From Spirochaetia bacterium (GTDB taxonomy: Bacteria; Spirochaetota; Spirochaetia; CADAEX01): DNA of 24,000 bases. The notes beneath the pieces were generated by a model that was not told where the DNA came from, searched no databases, and worked only from the letters and a program-made list of their open reading frames with translations. The stretch lies in assembly GCA_045606105.1 (NCBI GenBank), contig JAZURI010000003.1, positions 129,647-153,646 of the forward strand, in the 5' to 3' direction. The position numbers were made by a program, and so were the translations under genes. Numbering within the stretch: the stretch's first letter is position 1; the number at the start of each line of letters is the position of its first letter. Positions 17,187-24,000 of the stretch are shown in pieces.

Positions 17187-17919
17187 ATCAAAGAAAGATA
17201 TTTCCGGTATCAGGGATGCCGGTGCCATTCTTGCAGAAACACTGGACAAGATAAAAAAAGAGCTTCAGGCTGGAATGAAGACCTCTGACATTGATGATAT
17301 TGCCAGGGAGTATATCATTTCCAGAAAGGCCAGACCGGCTTGTCTCGGTTATATGGGCTATCCTGCCAGTATCTGTGTTTCGGTTAACGAAGAGGTAATC
17401 CACGGTATTCCCGGTAAAAGGGTAATCAGGGAAGGTGATATTGTAAGCTGCGATCTCTGTGTGGATCTCAAAGGTTATATTGCTGACAGTACCGTTACCA
17501 TTCCTGTTGGAAAAATCTCTCCTCAGGCCGAAAAGCTTCTTAAGGTTACCGAAGAGTCCCTTTATCTGGGTATCGAGAAGGCAGTGGCCGGAAATCGTGT
17601 CATGGATATTTCCAGATCGGTTTTCATTCATGCCAAGAAACATGATTTAGGTGTTGTTCGTGATTACTGCGGTCACGGAGTAGGCTTTGATATGCATGAG
17701 GAGCCTGCTGTTCCCAACTACATTTTCAGAGGGGCAAATCCTCATCTCAGGGAAGGAATGGTTATTGCCATCGAGCCTATGATTACATTGGGATGTGACG
17801 ATATTGATGTTCTTGATGATGACTGGACCGTAGTTACAGCTGACGGTTCCCTTGCAGCTCATTTTGAACATACCGTAGCCATCCACGACGGTTATGCCGA
17901 AATACTTACAAAACTATGA
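17173..17919 (+). CDS. map: type I methionine aminopeptidase
   Basis: 248 aa with 'GYPASICVSVNEEV.HGIP', the metal ligand context 'D.....GY..D' and 'GHG.G...HE.P'. 'EPM' and 'HFEHT' are also present. It overlaps the nusB end by 14 nt. Confidence 0.93.
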   Translation: MIRLKSKKDISGIRDAGAILAETLDKIKKELQAGMKTSDIDDIAREYIISRKARPACLGYMGYPASICVSVNEEVIHGIPGKRVIREGDIVSCDLCVDLKGYIADSTVTIPVGKISPQAEKLLKVTEESLYLGIEKAVAGNRVMDISRSVFIHAKKHDLGVVRDYCGHGVGFDMHEEPAVPNYIFRGANPHLREGMVIAIEPMITLGCDDIDVLDDDWTVVTADGSLAAHFEHTVAIHDGYAEILTKL

Positions 17920-18521
17920 AAGAATTCCTCGATTACTATGTTGTCAGAAACAATGCCATAAAGCTTGCTCACAGGATGTTCAGTGAGGGCTTTGTTCCCG
18001 ATATCATCTATGTACCTCTCAGAGGAGGTGCCTATCTGGGAAATGTCATCAGCGAATACTACAAGATAGCTCTCAGGAATACAGACCATAAGCCGGTCCG
18101 TTATGCTGCTCTGGTGGCAGGCTCCTATTCCGGAGTAAAGAACCACGGCGATGTTGTTATACAGGGCTGGACCTATCCGCCCGAAAAAGTGAATCCTGAC
18201 GAAAAGATTCTTTTTGTGGATGATATCTTTGATTCCGGAAGGACCATCAATTTCATTATAAAGCATCTTATTTCTCTGGGGCTGAAACGGGAAAATATCG
18301 TCATTGCTGTCCATGACTACAAGATTCAGGAATATAAGAACGAAATGCCTGAAATTCTTCCCGACTATTACTGCAGAAAGCATGTCATCAAGAGGGAAGA
18401 GGACGAAATCTGGATCAATTATCAGAGCCACGAGCTTGTGGGGCTTTCAAAGGATGAGCTTGAAAACCATTTCTATAATGAAGATCCTACTCTCCGGGAA
18501 GCTCTTTCGATTCTGGAATAA
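17916..18521 (+). CDS. phosphoribosyltransferase family protein (purine PRT-like)
   Basis: 201 aa with the PRPP-binding motif 'ILFVDDIFDSGRT'. The start overlaps the map stop (ATGA). Confidence 0.7.
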   Translation: MKEFLDYYVVRNNAIKLAHRMFSEGFVPDIIYVPLRGGAYLGNVISEYYKIALRNTDHKPVRYAALVAGSYSGVKNHGDVVIQGWTYPPEKVNPDEKILFVDDIFDSGRTINFIIKHLISLGLKRENIVIAVHDYKIQEYKNEMPEILPDYYCRKHVIKREEDEIWINYQSHELVGLSKDELENHFYNEDPTLREALSILE

Positions 18522-19876
18522 ACCATTTTTTTCATCGTGATTATGAAGCACACATACAGGGCCAGGAAGGTTATGGTCCAGGATATGCTGTATACTGCAT
18601 AAATTGTCTCCAGCTTATGGAATGCCGGTATCTGAAACACGGTAAAAACCCAGAGAATCCTGAAGGCACAGGCTCCCAGCAGCGATGTTACGGTAGGGAT
18701 TATGGAGTGGCCCATTCCCCTCAGTGTACCTGATATGATTTCCATCATTCCACACAGGAAATAAGGAAGACAGAGATATTTCAATCTCATCATTGCAGAT
18801 GATATTACATCCGGATCTGTGGAATAGAGTCCTGCTATCTCGTTTCCGAAGAATACCACCGCCCCTCCCACCGAGGCACCTGTCACTATTACACAGGCCA
18901 GAGCCGTAAGCTGTACCCTGATTATCCTTCTGAAGTTTCCGGCTCCCATGTTCTGGCCCGTAAAGGAGATGGTGGCCTGATAGAAGGCGTTCATGGCAAA
19001 ATAGACAATATATTCGATATTCATGGCAGCTGCGTTTCCTGCCACCACTATTGCTCCGAAAAGATTGATTGAGGAGAGGATAACCACATTGGAGAGGGAA
19101 AATACCATGCCCTGGATTCCGGCCGGTATTCCTGTTCTCATTATCATGTAAAGCTGGGCTCTGTGGAATCTGATTCTGCTGATAACCAGGTTTACGGCTC
19201 CTTTGTCCCTGATCATGCAGCTGACTATGAGACAGCTGGCTACAGCCTGGGAAATGACTGTGGCCAGGGCAACTCCTGCCACATCCCACCTGAACTTTAT
19301 TACGAAAAGCAGGTTGAAAAGAACATTGATGATTCCGGCAATGATAAGGAACATGAGAGGTCTTCTGGTATCGCCTACAGCTCTCAGCACAGCGCTTCCG
19401 AAATTATATACGATGGTGGCTATTATTCCGAGGAAATAGATACGGAGATAGAGGGTTGCAAGATCGAGAATCTCTTCCGGAGTGCTCATCCATATGAGAA
19501 AAATCCTGGCAAACAGCGTACCGAAAACGGTAAGTATGATACCGCCCGCAATACTGAGGGCCATGGTGGTATGTATTGTCCTGCTGAGCTCTTCACTCTT
19601 TCTTGCGCCGTAATATCTTGCAGTGACTATATTTGCACCGATGGAGAGACCTACGAACAGATTGACCATCAGGTTTATGAGGGAGGAATTGGCACCTACG
19701 GCTGCCAGGGAATTGCTTCCTGCAAAGCGTCCTACCACTATGATGTCGGTGGCAGTGAAGAGTAACTGAAGGATGGATGAACACATCAACGGTAAAGCAA
19801 ACAGGATTATTTTCTTTAAAATCGGACCATTGCACATGTCGATTTCATAACTTTTTCCCATAAGAAAATTTTCCAA
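18473..19876 (-). CDS. MATE family efflux transporter
   Basis: 467 aa with 12 predicted TM segments. The N-terminal 'GPILKKI..FALP......LQ.LF...D...VGRF.G' is typical of MATE/NorM proteins. The true start may be the Met at 19861. The 3' end overlaps the convergent PRT gene by 49 nt. Confidence 0.85.
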   Translation of the reverse strand: MENFLMGKSYEIDMCNGPILKKIILFALPLMCSSILQLLFTATDIIVVGRFAGSNSLAAVGANSSLINLMVNLFVGLSIGANIVTARYYGARKSEELSRTIHTTMALSIAGGIILTVFGTLFARIFLIWMSTPEEILDLATLYLRIYFLGIIATIVYNFGSAVLRAVGDTRRPLMFLIIAGIINVLFNLLFVIKFRWDVAGVALATVISQAVASCLIVSCMIRDKGAVNLVISRIRFHRAQLYMIMRTGIPAGIQGMVFSLSNVVILSSINLFGAIVVAGNAAAMNIEYIVYFAMNAFYQATISFTGQNMGAGNFRRIIRVQLTALACVIVTGASVGGAVVFFGNEIAGLYSTDPDVISSAMMRLKYLCLPYFLCGMMEIISGTLRGMGHSIIPTVTSLLGACAFRILWVFTVFQIPAFHKLETIYAVYSISWTITFLALYVCFIITMKKMVYSRIERASRRVGSSL

Positions 19877-19933
19877 CTAACTTTCTGATTTGTCAATAGT
19901 TGTATAATAAAGTATTTGATGATATTTTAAGGT

Positions 19934-20695
19934 ATGGAAAAATATGCTGTTGTCGGCAGCGGCTCTTGTGGTAATTCATACATTTTCAAAACGGCGGAGT
20001 CAGGCTTTGTTGTGGATAACGGCTATTCCTTTTCAGAATTTTCCCGCCGTATAAAGTCCATGGATTTTGATATCAGAGATATAAGATACATTTTTCTTAC
20101 CCATAATCACAAGGATCATATATCAGGTATGGAAATTCTTTCCAGAAAGCTGCAGATTCCGGTTTTCGTAGCTGAAAATCTTGATCTTTCAAGCAGTCTT
20201 AAGGAGGGCTTTTTCAGGACTGTAGAGGTCACTCCGGGCAATACCTACAGGGTGGACGATTTTACATTTACCGTTTTTTCCACTACTCATGATGCACCCT
20301 GTTCCGTGGGATACAGCTTTGCCACATCGGAATCCAGATATACTATAATTACAGATACGGGAAAAACCTCCGAGCTCATGAGAAGCCTTGCGGATCAGTC
20401 AGATGTGCTTTTCCTGGAGGCAAACTATTGTCCCGAGATGCTGAAAAAAGGTCCCTATCCCTATTTCCTGAAAAAAAGGATTTTTTCGGATCACGGCCAT
20501 CTTTCAAACCATGATGCGGTCGATTTTATCAAAAAACTTGATTCAGGTAAAAAAAGAAGTATATACTTATGTCATATATCAGATAAGAATAATTCTCCCG
20601 AAAGGGTAAAGGAAGTCTTTGACTCTGAATTTTCGGGAGATCTGGATTATCATATTTGTAAACGAGGTATTCCCGTTTTGGGAAAAAGGAGTTGA
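19934..20695 (+). CDS. MBL-fold metallo-hydrolase
   Basis: 253 aa with the 'THNHKDH' (HxHxDH) motif and a later 'HDA...G' and 'DHGHLSN'. Confidence 0.8.
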   Translation: MEKYAVVGSGSCGNSYIFKTAESGFVVDNGYSFSEFSRRIKSMDFDIRDIRYIFLTHNHKDHISGMEILSRKLQIPVFVAENLDLSSSLKEGFFRTVEVTPGNTYRVDDFTFTVFSTTHDAPCSVGYSFATSESRYTIITDTGKTSELMRSLADQSDVLFLEANYCPEMLKKGPYPYFLKKRIFSDHGHLSNHDAVDFIKKLDSGKKRSIYLCHISDKNNSPERVKEVFDSEFSGDLDYHICKRGIPVLGKRS

Positions 20696-21255
20696 TCATG
20701 GATAAAAGAATTCTTGTTCTTCTTGCAGAGGGCTGCGAGGAAATGGAGGTTGTGATTCCTTCCGATCTGGCTGTAAGGGCAGGTCTTGATGTTGTAATGG
20801 CAGGAATAGAAGGAATCGATATAACAGGTTCCCACGGGATTTCCCTTATTGCAGATTGCGAGATCGTTGATATTGCAGATGAAATCTTTGATGCCGTAAT
20901 CATTCCGGGAGGAATGCCGGGTGCCGAGAACATTGCAAACAATGAGGTTGCCATGGAGGTAATCCAGAGGCATGCAGACAAGGAGAAGCTTATCTGTGCC
21001 ATCTGTGCCGCGCCCGGTGTAGTTCTGGGAGATACCAGAATTCTTGATGACCGTATGGTTACCTGCTATCCAGGCTTTGAAAAGCATTTCAACCGTACTG
21101 TAACCTATATCGAGGATAAGGTTGCTGTCAGCGGAAATGTCATTACTGCAAAGGGCCCGGGAGCAGCTTTCCTGTTCGGCCGTGAAATTCTCAAGGCTCT
21201 TCTGGGAGAGGTTGTGGCAGACAAGGTTCTGCAGGGAACTTTCTATTCATGCTGA
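20692..21255 (+). CDS. DJ-1/PfpI family protein
   Basis: 187 aa with 'ILV.LA.G.EE.E' at the N-terminus and the nucleophile elbow 'AICAAP'. It overlaps the upstream stop (ATGA). Confidence 0.85.
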   Translation: MIMDKRILVLLAEGCEEMEVVIPSDLAVRAGLDVVMAGIEGIDITGSHGISLIADCEIVDIADEIFDAVIIPGGMPGAENIANNEVAMEVIQRHADKEKLICAICAAPGVVLGDTRILDDRMVTCYPGFEKHFNRTVTYIEDKVAVSGNVITAKGPGAAFLFGREILKALLGEVVADKVLQGTFYSC

Positions 21256-22688
21256 GTATAAACGGCAAAAGCTTTTATCTTGTTGGGATAAAGGGTACAG
21301 GGCTTTCTGCCTTTGCCGAGCTTCTGCTTAAATCGGGAGCCAAGGTTACGGGAAGCGACACAGCGGAGAAATTCTATACCGACGAGGTGCTCCGTTCCCA
21401 GGGGATAAGCTTCAGGGAGGGTTTTTCTTCCGAAAATATCCCTGCCGGTATCGATTATGTAATTTATTCCTCTGCCTATAATCCGGCTGAGAATCCTGAC
21501 CTTGCGGAAGCGGTCAGGAGAGGTATTCCCATTATGGAGTACACAAAGGCACTGGGGGCTTTTTCTGAGGCTTACGATGCCGGGGGAATTGCCGGTGTCC
21601 ATGGCAAGACTACAACAACTGCAATTACTGGAACACTGCTGAAGGCCCTTGATGCACCGGCTGCAGTTCTGGCCGGTTCTGCGGTATCCAACTTCGACGG
21701 CCGTTCCACCTTTGTGAACGGAAACCGTTTTTTTGTGGCTGAAACCTGCGAATACAAGCGCCATTTCATGTCATTCCGGCCGTCCAGGATAATAGTTACA
21801 AGCATCGAGCCGGATCACCTGGATTTCTTTCCCACATATGCCGATATTTTCAGCGCATTTGTGGATTATGCCTTGCTGCTGCCGGAAAACGGGGAGCTGA
21901 TTTACTGTGCCGATGACAGCGGATGCCGTGAGCTGGCTGCCGTTATCAGGGAAAAAAGAGCCGATATAGTACAGATTCCTTACGGATTCACTGCAGAAGG
22001 GGATTACAGGATTACATCTTCCGGAATCAGGGAAAGCCGTAACTGCTTTACATTGGCAGGCTTTGATACGGAATTTGCCCTGAGGATACCGGGAGAGCAT
22101 ATTGTTCTTGATTCTGCCGCCGCATTGGCCATGACAGTTTCCATCCTTAAGAAATGGAAAGGGGAGCCGGGGACAGAGGAACTGGAAAAAATAAGGAACG
22201 GCTTTGAGGAGTTCAGAGGAAGCAAGAGACGCAGCGAAATTCTCGGTACTGCCGGAGGAATCCTGTTCATGGACGATTATGCCCATCATCCCACAGCCAT
22301 AAGACTGACACTTGAGGGAATCAGGAGCTTTTATCCGGGAAGGAAGCTGGTGGTGGATTTCATGTCCCATACCTATTCCAGGACCGAAGGACTTCTTGAG
22401 GAATTTGCCTCTTCTTTCGGGGCTGCGGATGAGGTTATCCTGAACAATATATATGCTTCGGCCCGTGAAAGGAATACGGATTCCGATCTGGACAGCCGTT
22501 TTTACCGGGCCCTGTGCCGGAATCACAATAATGTAAAGTATTTTCCGAAGCCTGCCGACGGCTTTGATTATCTTAAAACACATTTACAAAGGGACCACAT
22601 ATTCATTACTATGGGTGCTGGAGATAACTGGACTGTGGGAAAAATGCTGTATGACTATTTTTCCTGCAAAAAAGAGGCTTTAACATGA
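21249..22688 (+). CDS. murC: UDP-N-acetylmuramate--L-alanine ligase
   Basis: 479 aa with 'GIKGTGLSAFAELLLKSGAKVTGSD' Rossmann-like N-terminus, P-loop 'GVHGKTTTTA', 'D.YAHHPT' and 'GAGD'. An Mpl-type paralogue cannot be fully excluded. Confidence 0.82.
   Translation: MLSINGKSFYLVGIKGTGLSAFAELLLKSGAKVTGSDTAEKFYTDEVLRSQGISFREGFSSENIPAGIDYVIYSSAYNPAENPDLAEAVRRGIPIMEYTKALGAFSEAYDAGGIAGVHGKTTTTAITGTLLKALDAPAAVLAGSAVSNFDGRSTFVNGNRFFVAETCEYKRHFMSFRPSRIIVTSIEPDHLDFFPTYADIFSAFVDYALLLPENGELIYCADDSGCRELAAVIREKRADIVQIPYGFTAEGDYRITSSGIRESRNCFTLAGFDTEFALRIPGEHIVLDSAAALAMTVSILKKWKGEPGTEELEKIRNGFEEFRGSKRRSEILGTAGGILFMDDYAHHPTAIRLTLEGIRSFYPGRKLVVDFMSHTYSRTEGLLEEFASSFGAADEVILNNIYASARERNTDSDLDSRFYRALCRNHNNVKYFPKPADGFDYLKTHLQRDHIFITMGAGDNWTVGKMLYDYFSCKKEALT
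22169..22179 (+). repeat. GGGGACAGAGG motif copy (in murC, read as G-T-E)
   Basis: Exact 11-mer. Codons are ccG GGG ACA GAG Gaa. Confidence 0.95.
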
Positions 22689-23551
22689 AAAGTATGACTG
22701 GGTACAGCTTCGGTGAATTTCAGGATGAAACCATCAAGCTGGCTGCTGAACTTAAATCCTATAACAACCGTTTTCTTGACATAAACGTAAATGCTCCCTC
22801 ATCGCTTCAGGGTTGTGAGAATGCCATAAGAAAATTTCTTGGAGAAAGGATTGCCCGCGGAAAGATTGAATTTTATCTCAAGATAAAGGAGCTTAAATCC
22901 GATGTTGCCATTCAGGTTGATGAAAATGCAGTAAGAGGTTATGTGGATGCAATCAACAGGGTGCGTGAGATTGCCGGAATCAAGGAAGAGATAAAGATTT
23001 CCAACATAATCAGGGAGGAGGGTGTTCTGTGCAGGAACAGCGAACCGGATCCCGAAATCTATGACAAATATGTTCTTCCGCTCCTTAACAAGGTTTTTGC
23101 AGGCTATGAGGCCACATGTATTGCCGAGGGGGAAAATACGAAGAAGGATATTCTCCGTCATCTTGCGGTGATTGAAGAAAACGTAAGCCGGGTAGAGGCC
23201 TGTGCCGGGCGTTTTGAGGAGCTTATAAAGAAAAATATTCAGGAGCGGTTCTATCAGCTTCTGGGAGACAATGCGGACGAAGGTAGGGTTTATGCCGAAA
23301 CTGCCGTCATGCTGGTAAAATATACAATCAACGAGGAGCTGGTGAGGCTCAGATCCCATCTTCAGGCCTTCCATGAAGCAGTGGAGTCGGATGAGCCGGT
23401 GGGAAAGAAGCTGGATTTCATCTGTCAGGAGCTGAACCGGGAAATAAATACCATCGGTTCCAAGAGCATGATGGTGGAAATCGACCAGTCTGTTATCAAT
23501 CTCAAGGATGCCCTTGAAAATATTCGTGAACAAGTGAGGAATGTTGTCTGA
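22685..23551 (+). CDS. yicC: YicC family stress-induced protein
   Basis: 288 aa with 'MKSMTGYSF' at the N-terminus and 'QELNREINTIGSKS' near the C-terminus. Confidence 0.88.
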   Translation: MKSMTGYSFGEFQDETIKLAAELKSYNNRFLDINVNAPSSLQGCENAIRKFLGERIARGKIEFYLKIKELKSDVAIQVDENAVRGYVDAINRVREIAGIKEEIKISNIIREEGVLCRNSEPDPEIYDKYVLPLLNKVFAGYEATCIAEGENTKKDILRHLAVIEENVSRVEACAGRFEELIKKNIQERFYQLLGDNADEGRVYAETAVMLVKYTINEELVRLRSHLQAFHEAVESDEPVGKKLDFICQELNREINTIGSKSMMVEIDQSVINLKDALENIREQVRNVV

Positions 23552-24000
23552 TGATAATTGCAATTTCAGGAAAAAGCGGATGCGGTAATACTACCGTAAG
23601 TACAATGCTTGCAGAAAAGCTTAATCTTACCTTGGTGAATTATACATTCAGGAATCTGGCACAGGATACGGGAAAGGATTTCAAGGAAATCTGTCAGGCT
23701 GCAAAGAGCGATCCCTCCTACGACCGTTATATAGATAATCATCAGGTGGAGCTTGCCGAGAAGGGAAACTGTGTTCTTGGTTCAAGGCTTGCAATCTGGA
23801 TGGTAAAGAAGGCTGATCTCAAGGTTTTTCTTACAGCCTCCACCGAGACAAGGGTAGGGAGAATCCACAACAGGGAGGGTGGTGATATCAATGATGTCCG
23901 TGAGGCCACAATCCGCAGGGATGCTTCCGATTCAGCCCGTTATATGGAGCTTTATTCCATTGACAACAGCAAATATGATTTTGCCGATCTGGTGGTGGAT
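23551..24000 (+). CDS. cytidylate kinase family protein (archaeal-type CMP kinase-like), 3'-truncated by the window
   Basis: I translated this manually because it is not in the ORF track. The ATG at 23551 overlaps the yicC stop (TGATG), and 150 codons run open to the window end. The sequence is 'MIIAISGKSGCGNTTVS..LAEKL.L......FR.LA...G........DP..D..ID..Q.ELAEKGN.VL.SRLA.WM...ADLKV.L.A....R..RI..REG'. Confidence 0.7.
   Translation, partial: MIIAISGKSGCGNTTVSTMLAEKLNLTLVNYTFRNLAQDTGKDFKEICQAAKSDPSYDRYIDNHQVELAEKGNCVLGSRLAIWMVKKADLKVFLTASTETRVGRIHNREGGDINDVREATIRRDASDSARYMELYSIDNSKYDFADLVVD

Noticed and set aside
16371-17249. 292-aa ORF on the minus strand. Similar long antisense or alternate-frame ORFs occur at 22799-23563, 21771-22583, 6152-6787, 18615-19289, 19163-19765, 2514-3038 and 13721-14245.
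   Set aside because: Each lies entirely opposite to, or out of frame within, a confidently identified gene (PPIase/nusB, yicC, murC, carboxypeptidase, MATE, pyruvate kinase, pgk). Their translations are low-complexity, Cys/Ser/Arg-rich and carry no recognisable motifs. I treat them as shadow ORFs.
18765-18783. GACAGAGATATTT (13 nt) inside the MATE gene is identical to the 3' part of the motif variant at 10766-10778.
   Set aside because: The GGGG head is missing (GGAAGACAGAG). In a 24-kb window several chance 13-mer repeats are expected, on the order of N^2/4^13, or a few.
23566-23595. The P-loop of the CMP-kinase-like protein reads 'GKSGCGNTT' and lacks the canonical Walker-A lysine. The aroK-like protein similarly reads 'GKN' instead of GKS/T.
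   Set aside because: My recollection is that archaeal-type cytidylate kinase family members often have G-x-G-T-T-T-type loops without the Lys, so this is probably typical of the family. It needs a family alignment before being called anomalous.

Overview
This is a dense, mostly plus-strand housekeeping stretch of a bacterial chromosome. The proteins and gene order look spirochaete or Treponema-like to me, but I cannot verify taxonomy without a database search. I support 29 CDSs. Among them are an aroK-like kinase, a ferredoxin, a CPBP protease, a divergent pyruvate kinase, lysC, a PBP5-type carboxypeptidase, yajC-secD-secF, gap-pgk-tpiA-secG, nusB, map and murC. There is also one tRNA(CAU), two clean intrinsic terminators and one canonical sigma70-type promoter. 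Many neighbouring genes overlap by 1-14 nt (ATGA or TGATG junctions). The only accessory-looking gene is a visibly AT-rich REP-associated tyrosine transposase (RAYT) just downstream of the tRNA. The main signal is a non-palindromic 11-mer, GGGGACAGAGG. It has 14 exact copies (12 on +, 2 on -) plus one single-base-deletion variant, against about 0.01 expected by chance. Ten exact copies lie inside CDSs, in all three reading frames and once antisense to a minus-strand gene. Two direct copies sit upstream of the RAYT gene and one inverted copy sits downstream. Two inverted copies form a perfect 35-bp palindrome behind the rubredoxin gene. This resembles a DNA-level genomic signal such as an uptake sequence, a Chi/KOPS-like polar motif or an atypical RAYT-linked repeat. 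Which of these it is cannot be decided from this window. The remaining observations are minor.
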